DNA of 64,000 nt from a virus (IMGVR_UViG_3300033067_002502:106417-170416); one strand, 5' to 3'; shown: positions 20,801-32,100, counted from the stretch's first letter. Notes: generated by a model from the letters alone, not told the origin. Numbers and translations are program-made.

Positions 20801-23164
20801 GTTACAGATAATCAAGGCTTAATTGGATCTGATTCAGTAACTATCAATGTAAAGCAAAAAATTAATATTCCACCAGTTGCAAATGCAGGACCAGATCAGT
20901 TAAATTTAATTGATACAGACGGAGATGGATATGTATCTGTTACTTTGGATGGTTCTGGTAGTACTGATTCAGATGGGACTATTGTGGGTTATATTTGGAT
21001 GGAAGACGAATCTCTTCTTAATACAACTCCTACAGCAAGTCCGTCTATTTTTGTTTGTAATTTTGGGATAGGTATTCATCATGTAACTCTTAAGGTTGTA
21101 GACGATAACGGATCTTTTAGTTTTGATTTTGTTGATATCTATGTTTTTCCAAGAATAAATCACGCTCCTTATGCTGATGCAGGACCGGATCAATTGAATT
21201 CAATTGTTGATACAGATGGAGGAGGAGGCGAATTTGTCACTTTAGATGGTTCTGGAAGTAATGATAATGATGATTATCCTTATGGGTACATTGCTGCATA
21301 TAATTGGTCTAATAACGGGTCTTCTATAGCTTCTATAGTAAATCCTATTCCTTATATTGAGGTTGGGCAGCATTCTATTATACTTACTGTTACTGATAAT
21401 GGAGGTCTTACTGCTTCTGATTCTGTTATGATAAGCGTTTCTCCAAAAGAAAATGAAATTCCTATTGCAAATGCTGGAGGAAATCAAACAGTTACAGATA
21501 CAGATGGTAATGGTTTTGTAATTGTTACTTTGGATGGTTCTGGAAGTTATGATCCTGATGGGTCAGTCGTTACTTATTCTTGGATGGAGGATGGATTAAT
21601 TTTATCTACAATAAGCAATCCTTCTATTAATTTTACCATTGGATTACATATTGTTATATTAATTGTTACTGACACTTCTGGAGCTTCTAGTAGTGATTAT
21701 ATTTTTATTAATGTAAATCCTAAACCTCAAGATCCAATTCCTCCTGTTCCTGGAACAGGCGGTGGTTCGGCAATTGGAGAAAGTCAGAATTTTTTAGCAA
21801 GATTAGGTAAGGTAAAAGTTACATCTCTTGGAGGATCTGAAAGAAGAGATAAAATTGAAGGATTTGGAGTTCAAAGATACACGCCAACTCCTTCTGGTTC
21901 TGTTGGAGATTCTTTCCCAGAAGATTATTCTAATTACTCTGTTGTTGCTATAGCCAATTCTATTGATGGAACTATTGAGCTATCTGATTCTGTTAGTAAG
22001 TATAGTAAATTAGAAGCAAATATAGTTAATCCATCTTTTAAAAACGTAGGTATGCCTCATTGGTCTATAGAGGATACAATGGAGTGGGTTAATTCAGGAA
22101 TGCCTTCTCATTTAAGTCAAGTTCATCATTCTAATATAATATTAAGCGGAATCGCTTCTGAAAAGATTGCTCCAGGATTACAAGAATCTGCAGCTCCTTC
22201 TTTTCAAGCAAAATACATTGTTCCTTGTAATAGTGATTGGTATGATAAACCAAATTCTACTATTGATTATAATCTTTCTTTGGATAATGGAAATGTAAAT
22301 TTATCTATTCCTTATGCAAATTGCATATTATCTGTTCCAGAATTAAATTGTGTTTTAGTTGGAGGATTTGGAGGAGTTGTTTCTATAGATATAACTACTA
22401 AAAATATAACAAAATTTATTATTGATTCTGATAGGGATTTGCTTGTTAAAGATATAAAAAAATATCAAAACACTATATACATTCTTGATGAATCAAAATT
22501 ATATTTTTATGATATTACAACAGGTACTGTTTCTAATGATACATCTGTTGGTCTTCCTAGTAAAATACATAGTATAATTAGTATTTTTGGAAGTAATATA
22601 TCTGTTGGAGCAGAAGATGGAATTTATGCAAGAAAATTATCATCTTCTTCTTGGAGTAAAGTAGTTTCAACAGATAAACCTGTAAATGTAATGTCATCTC
22701 CTGATGCTGCTTTGGCTGTCTCTGATGATGGAGGGTGTTATTATTCAACAGATGGTTTTAATTGGAATAAAGTAGGAGTTATAAGTAATAAGATTGTAAA
22801 TAAGATAAAGAAACATCGTTCTCAGATTCTTTTTGCAACAACAAATGGACTCTACCAGGACGGCGGTTCTTTTTATACAAAAAATATTTCATTACAATTA
22901 CTAGATGTATTGAATGATATTGAGTCTTCGTCTTCTATATCAGTTAACGACATTGATTCTGATTTTGATAAAGCTGTTATAGGCTTATCAGATGGTCGAT
23001 ATTCTGTATATACGGATGATTTCGTTATATATTCGGATTCAAAGATGTCAAATATACATAAGGTTCTTATTTTAGGAAATGATATTTGGTTATTTAGTTA
23101 TAATCAGTTTAGAATTATTTCAGAATCATTTATTAGAAAAATAGCAACAGGTACTAAGATATAA
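14858..23164 (+). CDS. Giant (~2760 aa) putative receptor-binding/depolymerase protein: GH56(hyaluronidase)-like barrel, 11 PKD repeats, C-terminal propeller
   Basis: GIWLNWEP...KAIRPGVDKIGLYG...LAPSLY...GGNGLIWW, then 11 P.A.AG.DQ...LDGS.S.D.DG...Y.W...H...LTVTD repeats. Start is either TTG 14858 (overlapping the upstream TGA) or GTG 14882 (GGAGA SD 6 nt upstream). Confidence 0.65.
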   Translation: MIFNWRIIVPTSFSLFNLRDPGDSGHQSNISLNPQDYGTNIVRDSSSGINYGRPLASNNAWSVSVTQSLKEWRGINLTISITNNSNVVQPAPFIRLFSGMYHKNWTVSQVGTAYRHSINYMNHDSYGMRSQSVSYSSPSNPATDIIGSTNSIYGYNWFAPCFTIDNFTGTQNVFNCQMMSVSTNYPYPFKIYGDFNPVTPTVAGEPFDAHYDDLKAFFRMDGNVNVPGRGILDQVNPQETRSWTIWLRYENYYSNFFLSDGPPNQNIIRSGTPTYRKIAALRSYEPYFAWYWNDPTSIVSEFPVVPRPPINGDQRAGPRVSGRVYGIELAGGDLPTIPNNERRYYLFRKYVLNGTTIFENLGATAPQVGQSYINPNTVSGWRELLDGIVDVASLKNNGYKAVLIINPAGWGNGNSGQNPAFFTNLPPNLRNTLSEIQDWENSTNTSTDVHINNGIRILFSAENVLNKVNLGDFNDAAIDFNSENPLHNEFETNNFNEGGLRNFSGISLFGIPDGLTKPIIDNYFENWRTNYRGSTLSSGFRVENKLISYMFPGYLDRDEFLKATNYSGSGSGWIGGRDWFLDLLTSGTDPWVYCPIKKWKAELIGTPGISTILDVESAYDKYVQKIESEHQAVAVTIGRIVRNSCLFPKRLNWKEKYETYTSIVGGFGGVCTYPDPALGVTSCTNFEIHTRYSTGIPSSLNYNMIGLYQATTFVDYTTDPCGQNFRFRGHSWIPFLGQSNEPGGKSGDCLFWLYDTDTTNPNSKLSKALKTIQDNINGVYDGGRLQIPNNYQGGIWLNWEPTAMVAFDSSHPPRVDGSSTLGGNGIPRKLNFVCSDRDSNGNLYRYIAKDSTDPTIETCTTSKRTILSTSGIAVDPDREIGVSIGDSLVMYYKNQAYQCNPSNASSVSPNVYPNETVKIRSLDGTVFNRSLRDWWALVLSTNEPGWDSAFPSDRPLQVGETQSWIDKRDIILQRRWSEKWTIWLKAICAKIKAIRPGVDKIGLYGSVPQYGQWAIDGLDFGKTDPESPDPDRELEWNYWGEWAKTLEYLAPSLYLWDPVNDYDAPYLYNTMASYGVNTVRRQQDPIQSRLFQLLTIRSYQDKSNKAGNMFIPFMWQKHLRDDQNLVNPNIMEFMNKSIYTSGGNGLIWWDSIGGPADARNSMQYIQQYWYPTVNTIIQGDYSAYITPRIPSLPLTNQNPVANAGPDATIQIQDDSNRITYILDGSGSYDPEGGSLIYQWMEVLPAGRTSSVAVWLTANNIVNPSVSLISGSSSDPLAGTYTFRLVVTDERMGSSMSDDVVINVNPKINRAPIPSAGPNQQKIISDYTGYVSVTLDGSSSLDPDGNITSYIWKEGSTTIATGVNPSVNFFKGQHTVTLTVTDNGDSFGNNVRFASSSVIVDVIPKANIPPTAEAGTDQNVTISDNTGHINVSLNGSSSHDNEDTGYNKPLTYSWTLNGVQISTEASPTISLVAGIYDILLTVTDSGDFSENINTRLTHSDSVRITVNPKPNIAPIANAGPDDTKTISDYTGSMNYTLDGSLSSDPDGYITLYKWDESIAGSIVHLTQSTSPTSLVNLSVGTHTIILTVTDNGDYAGAKKSNSDTVFVTINPSPNLPPICNTGNPQTVTDTDGDGFVIVTLDGSGSYDPNPHGSIISYLWKEGSTVLGSTSILSHSFSVGTHTATLTVTDNGDFYGLANLSTSKDVYITILPKPLRLPIANAGIDQEVTDTDNNLIENVQLDGRLTYDPDNNISSYVWKEGVTTIGTGSYPMVSFSIGTHTVTLTVTANDLSTTTDDVIIIVNPIGIDPPPPNVPPVANAGPDQLTVIDTDGSGSEIVTLDGSGSTDSDGTIANYHWTEIILGTRTTLATTSSSLVSYNFTVGTHVVTLVVTDNSGALSQGDDITITVNPKPNVAPTANAGPDQEVTDTDGSGYESVTLDGSASTDSDGTISSYSWILNEVEISTISNPTVSLPVGQNIIVLVVTDNQGLIGSDSVTINVKQKINIPPVANAGPDQLNLIDTDGDGYVSVTLDGSGSTDSDGTIVGYIWMEDESLLNTTPTASPSIFVCNFGIGIHHVTLKVVDDNGSFSFDFVDIYVFPRINHAPYADAGPDQLNSIVDTDGGGGEFVTLDGSGSNDNDDYPYGYIAAYNWSNNGSSIASIVNPIPYIEVGQHSIILTVTDNGGLTASDSVMISVSPKENEIPIANAGGNQTVTDTDGNGFVIVTLDGSGSYDPDGSVVTYSWMEDGLILSTISNPSINFTIGLHIVILIVTDTSGASSSDYIFINVNPKPQDPIPPVPGTGGGSAIGESQNFLARLGKVKVTSLGGSERRDKIEGFGVQRYTPTPSGSVGDSFPEDYSNYSVVAIANSIDGTIELSDSVSKYSKLEANIVNPSFKNVGMPHWSIEDTMEWVNSGMPSHLSQVHHSNIILSGIASEKIAPGLQESAAPSFQAKYIVPCNSDWYDKPNSTIDYNLSLDNGNVNLSIPYANCILSVPELNCVLVGGFGGVVSIDITTKNITKFIIDSDRDLLVKDIKKYQNTIYILDESKLYFYDITTGTVSNDTSVGLPSKIHSIISIFGSNISVGAEDGIYARKLSSSSWSKVVSTDKPVNVMSSPDAALAVSDDGGCYYSTDGFNWNKVGVISNKIVNKIKKHRSQILFATTNGLYQDGGSFYTKNISLQLLDVLNDIESSSSISVNDIDSDFDKAVIGLSDGRYSVYTDDFVIYSDSKMSNIHKVLILGNDIWLFSYNQFRIISESFIRKIATGTKI
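18443..21727 (+). repeat. Tandem array of 11 PKD/Ig-like domains (~95-105 aa each), many with DTDG.G Ca-binding-like loops
   Basis: Repeat starts NQNPVANAGPD, NRAPIPSAGPN, NIPPTAEAGTD, NIAPIANAGPD, NLPPICNTGNP, LRLPIANAGID, NVPPVANAGPD, NVAPTANAGPD, NIPPVANAGPD, NHAPYADAGPD, NEIPIANAGGN; a 47-nt identical DNA repeat at 19752-19798 and 21510-21556. Confidence 0.9.
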
Positions 23165-23186
23165 TTAATAAGGTGTTTTAAAATTC

Positions 23187-26100
23187 ATGAATACTGCAAT
23201 AACTAAGGTTTCTGTTTTCTTAAGAACAGTTGGAAATTCTAAAAATACAATATCAATACCGAAAAACGGTGCAGCATTTGACGCATCTAATTTTTCAAAA
23301 CTTGATCAAGGAAACCCAAATGCTATTTTTGATAATTCTATTTCAGGATATTATGGTTCTGGATATATGAAAATTGAACCCAAAGAGGGTTCTAGTGTTT
23401 ATTTGTTTCCTTCTTTTACTTATCCAATTAAAGTTGAAGAATATGGGAAGTATAAGCTTTTTATAAGAATAAAATCAGATGAAAATTCTTCATTTAGTTT
23501 TTCAATTATAATTAATGATATTAGTGTTTCAGATCATGAAGTTGTTGTAACAGATTCTTGGTCATGGATTTATGTTGATTTAGTTATACCAGATACTAGA
23601 GATTTTGATCTTACATTTGTTCCAAAAACAGAAAATTCATATATAGATTCGTTTTATATAACAAAAGAAGAAATTCCTGTAAGTTTTAGTTATGTTTCTT
23701 CTTATATAACTTTACATGAAAGAATATTTAAGATTGAATCAGAATCCGTTGGTGAGTCTTTACCAACTTATCAGTATAAAACAACTATTGAAGAAATTGT
23801 TGATGATAATTGGTATAATTTTGAAACTACTCCTCTTCTGGGGCATTCTTCTATAGTTTTTGATAGCACCTATGCTATTGCTCTTTTTTCTTCTGGAGAT
23901 AGTGAAGAAAGATACTTAATATGGGATTACGGAGATGAGAAAAATGCAGATTCTACTAGTTCTTTTTGTGGTTTAACTTTTAATAAAGATAACAATACAT
24001 GGGATCTTGATTGTAGTAAAAATTATTCTATAAGAGCTTACTCTTTTAGAGATTCTCTAGATGAATCTGCTTGTAAGATAGTCGTACCTGCTTCTGCTTT
24101 AGAAATCAAAAAAATTCAAAGATTTGATACGGATAATTTATTACCTATTTTTGTTCAAACAAAAGTTGTTGATGAAGGTAATAATATTAACAAGGTTTCG
24201 CTTAGCTTGCCTGACAGAATTGTATCTTTTATTGAAGATCAAAGTGGTTCTATGAGCTGGAATGACAAAGACGGTCTTCGTCATACGATGACGCAAAGAG
24301 TTGTAGATCGTCTTGAGTCAACGTATCCTGGCGAAGTTAAGTATAATCTTATTGGCTTTGGTTCAACTCCAATAAAGATAAATTTTTATGCTGTTGTTGA
24401 AAGCGATCAAGTAAATACAAGCAATGCAGCAAATGTTGCAAGTAGTTATTTTTTTGATCAAGAAAGCGGATATGCCGGTGTTAGGGTAATTAGAAAAAAA
24501 GACTCTTACCCAACTAGTCCTTTAGATGGAGAAATCGTAACTGAAGGATTTGTTGAAAGAGCTTATGATGAAGGATTAGATGAGGGAGAAAACTATTTCT
24601 ATGCAGCATATACTTTTAATTCTAATGGAATTTTTAGTGACGGAAGGTTTATAAATTCTTTTCCAAGATTAAAAATTGTTCCTTATGGAGTTGGTGGTTT
24701 TACTTACAGAGTTATTACTGGATCTGGTTCAAGAAGAGATGAAAATCTTATAGGAGCTTGGCATCTTAATGAGTCTTATGGCTTTGATGCGTATGACTTT
24801 AGTGACAATCCTATTTCTTTATCTTCTTCCGAAGATCTTATTTGGCTTAATTCTACAGACGTTCCTAGCGGAGTAAGTGGCATAAGGTTTGATGGATCTT
24901 CTACAAGACTATCTGGGTTAGACTCTGGTAGTAAATTAATTCAAGATAAATATACATTTATGGCTTGGGTTTATCCATTTAATTTTGCAAGCAAGAGAAC
25001 TATTATTTCTAGAGAAGATTCTTCTAATAATAAAATTTCATTTAATCTTGGAATAAATTCTAATGGAACTTTGTTCTTTAATATGGACAATATTTTAACA
25101 GCATCCTCATCTGGATCTCTTGTTGAAAATGAATGGAATCATATCGCTATTACTGTTAATTCTTCTGATGTTAAATTCTATATAAACGGTTCAATAGAGG
25201 GCGTTGGTTCAATAAGCAGATTAGGCAACTATAGTTCTGAGTCAATGAATTTTTATATAGGAGGAGAAGATTCTTCTTTCTTTGGAAAAATAACAGAAGT
25301 AAGCATTCATAACACAATTAAATCAGATGGTTATATTTCTATGATGTCTATTATGCCTCAATCATCTTCTGAAAAAATCAATGATAATGGAGATAGGATA
25401 ATTGTATTAAAATATACAGTTCCAGATGATTTTAATTACGACGGAGGTCAAGTTTCTATTGTTAGAAAAGAAGAAAAAGGTACTGCAATTTTTGATTATG
25501 AATCAAATAATTTAGTTTTTAAGGGTTTTGGAGAAAAGCCTTCAAGTGAAATTGATGGAGAAATGGTTTATAATCAAACAGCTTCTGTAGGATTTCATTC
25601 AGTTGTTCTTCCTTATGATTATATTCATAACAGAACCTATAATTTTAGAATTTATTCTAAAAATTCAATAGGTAATTATAGCTTATCTTCTGATTCTCCA
25701 ATTCTTTCTATAGAAATACCTTCATTTGAAACAAAAGCAACTAGAGATGAAGTAATTCCAATTCCTTCTATAAGTAAAATCGAAAATGTTACAATTAGAG
25801 CAGGAAATCATAAAACTTATATACAATGGAGTCCTTCAACAGATCCAGAAACAAAACAAATTCTTGTTTATTGGTCAAGCTCTGGATATCCTATAATAAA
25901 CAACGAAACTGGTGTTGATTCAACAGCTTTACTTGTATTTAGTGGAGATCCTTCTTCTTCTGAATTAGTTGATAGAAATTTAGAAAATGAAACAGTTAAT
26001 TATTATGCAATTGTTGCTGCTGATAGGTATGGGAATATGTCTATTCCTGTTTATGTATCAGAGATACCTCTTGATACAGCAGATGAATCTGGCATACCTC

Positions 26101-29100
26101 TTCTAGAAGTTAAGCAATTTAGATATGAGATTGTAGATGAAAATACTCTTAGTCTTGCTTGGGACGCTCCTGTAAAATTCCAAAACGATATACAATCATG
26201 GTTTGATCAAAGAGTTGTTTTATATGCAGAAATAACGGACGAATTTGGTTCTCCAATAACAGATGCAAGTAACATATCTTTTGTTGCAAATGCTTCTATA
26301 AAATCTACTGGATTAGCAGAAGACGTATTTGCTGAATCAATAAATAGAGAAGTAGTTGTTCCTAAAGTAGAAAATTGTTATGTATTATCTTCAACGGTTA
26401 TTAGTAATGGATTGATTAAAGGCTTTTTTAGGATGACGACAGACCTTGATATCCTTTCTTCCATTAATTCTTTATCTGCAGACATAGTTGTATCTTATAA
26501 AATACCTGACAGGAATAATCCATCTGTAAATGTTTTTGAATTTACATCATTACCAGTTCATATAGAAATGCTAAATCCATTTTCTATGGAACTTGTTAAT
26601 ATTGGAGACAATTCTTTTAATTTTGGAACAATAGCAACTCTTTCTGGAGTTAAGAGAAAATCAAAGAGAAGGAATCCGTTATCTTCAACAGATCCTGTTT
26701 CTCTTCAAAATACAAGAGGAGATCTTGTTAAATTTCTTTGCAAACAAACTGTCCCTTTAGATGATCAGTCTTTTATATCAAGTGGTGGTTTATTGTTTGA
26801 TCCAGATAAATTTAAGGAATTTAATGGATGTTGGATAAGAAGAAGTAAGCCTTTTGTTGCTCGTATTGTTGTAACATATAGAGGTCAAGCAATACCTGCT
26901 GGTAATAGTTGTAATGCTGCTGTTTTTGAAGCATTAGACCCTCAGTGCGATCCAGATGAAGAACAGCCAGAAAATCCTTGTTCTCAATTAGGATCAACTC
27001 CTGCCGCTCCAGTTCCTTTTGTTCCTGGTTTTTCTAATAGAAGAAGTAGAACAGTTCAACCTCCTTCTACTTCTATATTGTTTAAAACAGGATTACAAAG
27101 ATTGGAAGATGGATCTACTAAGCAGATTTCTTATGCGGATATTCCTCTTACAGTTCCTCGCTCTCCTCATGCTGTTATGTTGTTTGGAAAGACTTCTTAT
27201 AATGGATATTATTCTCGCAAAAAAATGTATATTGTTTTTGACAATATATTAAGAATAGAAACAACAGTGGAATCTCCAGAAACTAATTGTATTGATGTTG
27301 CAGAACAAAAATCTATTGTTTATATGATAGATCCTAATAGTCCAAATGTTGATTCTCCAATTAAGATAGCAATTCCAGATCAGCAAATTGTTCGTTGGAA
27401 TTTAAGGAAAGGAAGAAATTCAAAAGATAGACCGTTTTATTCAACAGATAATGTTTCTTCCGGTCCTGGTGTTTTTTCTTATACTAGATCTGGTTCTGCC
27501 AAAAAAGTATTTTTTGGACCAGCCTGCGGTGTTACTTGGGAAGTTTACGTTCCTTGCCCTGGAAATATTATTTATCTTCCAGAAATGTATGCAATAAAAG
27601 CTTCTGTTGTTTATGACGGTCTTTCTGCTTTTGAAGAAAGGCCTTCAATACTTTATCCTCCAAATTTCACTGGAATAGGTTTTGGTTCTAGGTTCTTAAT
27701 GTCAATGACTCAATATGTCAACGTTTTATATGCTGACGGATATGATTTAGCAAGAGTAACTATTTATCATGATCCAAATATAACTGGAGGAATTGAGGCA
27801 GAATGTTTTAGGGATTGTGCTACAAATTCAAACAGACCTATATTTGTTTTGGATAATGGGCAAATAGTTGATATAGAATCTGGTAGTGATTTTGAAATAC
27901 TTTATGGAGACGATTTAGTAACAAATTACGATGAAACGTTAGGAGAATATGTTGTTACCCAAGCAAATCAGACTGTTGGATTTGCTCAAGTTCCTCTTGC
28001 TAGTACAGGTAGTAGTACTTCTTTTTATCTTAGAATTAATAAATTTATAGGAAAACCTAAATCTGAACCACCTGTTGATAACAATTCTAGTCCAAGTCCA
28101 AATCCGTGTGATTGTATACAAACACCTCCTGGCTTATCTAACAAGAAAGATCTTTTTGTTGTTAATGGAAGAACTACAATTAATTTTAATGGAGAAACAC
28201 GATATCTAAGAGGTGGGGGTGATATTAAAACTGGAGTTCCTCCAACAACTATTGATTTAAGAGAACCTTTAGATATATTAATCGTTGATATAAGAAGAGA
28301 AGGTAAAAGCGTTAATAAAGTTCTTTGTGATGGACATTCTGTTCATGAATTTTTAGTAGAAGTAACATTTAAACACAAGCCAGTTCCTAATGGAACTCCT
28401 ATTTTCTTAACAATAGGTGGGAAAAATCCTGAAAAAATAATATTGCTAAGTGATACGATTTATACAGAAAAAGTAAATGACAGTATATTAAATCCAACAG
28501 GAGATGTTAGAAGTTTTGCTTCTTTTTTCATTGAATCAATTAATTCAGAGTCATCTTTTGAATCTCAAATACAAGCAGAGACTAATTATGATAAAAGAGG
28601 AGACGTAGAAAGAAGTATGACTACTTGTATAACAATCAAGTATGATTCGTCTCAACCAAAAGAAGAACCAGTAAAGAGTTTAGAAGGAGAGATTAGTAAT
28701 ATTTATAGTTCTTCTTTAGATATATATGATACAATTGATAATAATTGGACAACAAAATCATCAATGAATTACCCTAGAGGCTGTTTAACTCTGAATTGGA
28801 CATTTAGTGCATATTCAGAGATGTTGTACGCAATAGGAGGTATTAACGGAAAATCAATATTGTCATATAATGAAATGTATGATATAGATGCCGATTCTTG
28901 GACAAGTAAAAAGTCAATGATAACTCCAAGATTTTATCACATGTCAGCTCAAGATGGTAACTATATCTATATTTTTGGAGGAATAACTGCAACAGGATCT
29001 AATCTTTCTATAACTAATTCCGTTGAAAGGTATAATATAGAAACGGATGAATGGGAATTGCTTGAAGAAATGCCTTCTTTTGGTCAAGACACATATGGTG

Positions 29101-32100
29101 TTGCTTTAGGTTCTTGCGTCGTTTCTCTTGGTAAAGCTTATATTATAGGTGGTATTAGGAGAATAGGTCAAAGCGGTTCTATTGATGCTATGAATGACAG
29201 AGTTCTTGTATTTGATTTTGATTCATTATCTTGGGAATGGAGTGATGCTTTTGTAGATAACAATCTTGTTCTTTATGAAAGGATTTCTCCTTTTGCTTTT
29301 GTTTCTTTTGATTCTTCTTCTATCAGGGTTCTTGGAGGAGCTGTGTCTGGTGTGTTAAATACAATAACAGGAGAAATCCCTCTTGAATTTATTACTGATT
29401 CATTTAAATTAGATTTATCTAATCTTTCTATAAGTCTTGATGATTTTGTATACAGTCATCTTCCTTCTCCAAGATATAGAGGATCTTCTGTAAGTATTTA
29501 TGATAAGCATTATTTCCTTGGAGGAACAAATAGTAAATCAAGCGTTCTTAATATTTTTGATATAGTTTCAGAAGGAAGTCCAACATACTCTTATGAAAGT
29601 TTAAATAGAATGCCTGTGGCAAAGACTTCTTTTGGTTCATCAAGTGATAATTGGAAAAATATTTATGTAGCAGGAGGACTTACTAGCGGTCGTCCTGCTG
29701 GTTTCTTGCAAATAAAAGCAAAAGTAAATCCTTCTTCTATTAGGCTTGATGGTAAGCAGTCTTCAACAGTTTCTATTGAATTATTGAATGATATAGGAGA
29801 GCATCCTTCTAAAACAGTAAGAGCTATTGTTCAAGGAATCTTAATGTTTCCTGGTTCTTCTATAGATACAACATTAACTGGAGGAGATCAATCTCAACAG
29901 CAGTCTAGTAATTCTGCATTGAGAGATGCTTTAGTTTATCCAGTTATATTTAGTTCTAATGATTTTAATATTAATGAAGGACTAGGTTCTACTATAATGT
30001 TTCCAAGAGCAGATGATATACTTAAAAAGATTTCAGAGATTCAAAAATCTCTAGGTATAGAAGATACAACCCTTAGTGGAAACCAAGATAATACATTAAA
30101 AATTATTGAGGGAGAAATAAGAAATCCTTATAAGATAAAAGTAAGAATAACAATTATAGATGATTTTTATTATGGACAAACAGTTGTTGATATTAAGGAT
30201 AATGAAGATGTTAAAAATTCTACTTCAACACCTACTAGTGGAGCAACTGGGTCTCCAACAAGCACATCAGGCAATACAGGAAATCCTGTAGTTGGTGTTG
30301 TTTTTGATGGGTGTAGAAGTATAAATGCAAGTCAGTTTATTGAATCGAGTTCAAATACAGGAAATCAGAATACAGGAAGGGACAATGAAAATAATCAACC
30401 AATAGATCAAACATTAAAAGATGGAGATAATCCTGTTTTTGACTTAAATCCTCCTCAGACTCCACAGTTTGATAGTCCTGAAGTTTCTTATTATAGTGAT
30501 ATAGAATGGATTCCTCAAGTAATAAATTATGTTAATAATGGAGAATATTCTGATATAACCAATTATATTGGAAAACTTAGAAATAGTGTTCCATTTGGAG
30601 CTTCTCCTTTGTATGATGCTCTAGTAAAAAATGCTTCTATTTTACTTGATGAATCTTTAGATAAATATGTAAAAGTTATTTATGTAAATACAGATAATGA
30701 AGAGAACCTTTCTGTTTATTCATTGAATACGGTTATAGAAGATATTCAATCAATTGATGGGTTTGGAAGAGTTCCTGTTGTAATAAACAATTTTTCAATA
30801 GTATTTCCTGTTACTCTTTCTGCTCTAGTAAGCAGGACTGACACTGATTCTCTTGATAGTATTTCAAATGAAACGGGAGGAGAAAGTCAAACCATTTTAG
30901 ATGAAAAATTTGTTGATGAAGTTTTAAATAATTCAATTGGAAGAGTAGAGGGGTCTATTGGTTGGGGTTTATATGAATGTATTGTTGATTTAAATTCAAA
31001 TAGTATTATTAATAGTATTTCTTTAGATTATGAGCTTTTTTCAAATACAGATGGTAATTGGAGCTTTGCTACAAGTGAAGATGGATTTAATTACTCCGAA
31101 TATAGTGACAATTTTAATCCTAATACAGAGGTAGAATTTACTGGGGTAAATGCAAGATATTTGAAGTTTAAAATTGCATTATTAAGCGGATTAAGTTCTT
31201 CTATTGTTGAAGAATATGAAACAATTCCAACACCAGGATCTCCTTCTTTGACATCTATTAACGTAAAATATAGCATACCAACAGAGAGCTACATATACTT
31301 CAATCCAGAAATACTTGATTATAGCCCTCAGCAAATTGCTGTGTCAATTTCTGCAACAAGACCTGAATTGTCACAAATACAAATTGGAGCAACAACAAGC
31401 AATTCTCATAATTGGATAGATTATCAAAGCGGAGCCCAACCTTCTGTTAATAGGTACGGAAAAATTGTTATTCCTATTAGATATAATCAAGACAATAAAG
31501 ACTTAAATGAACCTCTTGAAAATATTAATGGATTTATGTGGAGAACTAAATATGGTAGATGGGATTCAACTTCAACAGTAGTTATTAGAGATGAAAATAA
31601 TAATATAATTGATACGTCAATATATAAGACTTATCCGCAAGAAGGAATTGTAGTATTTAATTCTAATCAATCTGGTCCTTTTTCTGTGTCTATTGAAAAT
31701 GCCGGGAAATTAAAAATTGGAGTTAAGATAATCAATATGGATTCTGTAAATCCATTAATTATTGATGGATTAGGATACATGTATAATACTAATGTATTTT
31801 TGCCTCCTCCTTTATCTCAAAGGCCTCCTGCTGTTTCAGAACTTAGAATAACTCCTTCAAATGTAACTGTTTATCAAAAAATAGGTTTATCTTATAAGTA
31901 TTTTGATATAAATCAATTGGAAGAAAATAAGTCAGAATCTGAAATAAAATGGTATATAAATGGAGTTGAAATAGAGTATCTTAGAAATCTTAGAACTTGG
32001 AACGATATAGAAAACACAAATGATCCTGTTTGGATATATTCTTTTTCTTTCACACAAAGTGATATACCATCAGGAACAAGCACAGAACAATTTGCTAGAC

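Noticed and set aside
18443-21727. Diversity-generating retroelement template/variable repeats or a CRISPR array
   Set aside because: The repeats are in-frame protein domain repeats; there is no reverse transcriptase, no adenine-specific mismatch pattern and no repeat-spacer periodicity.
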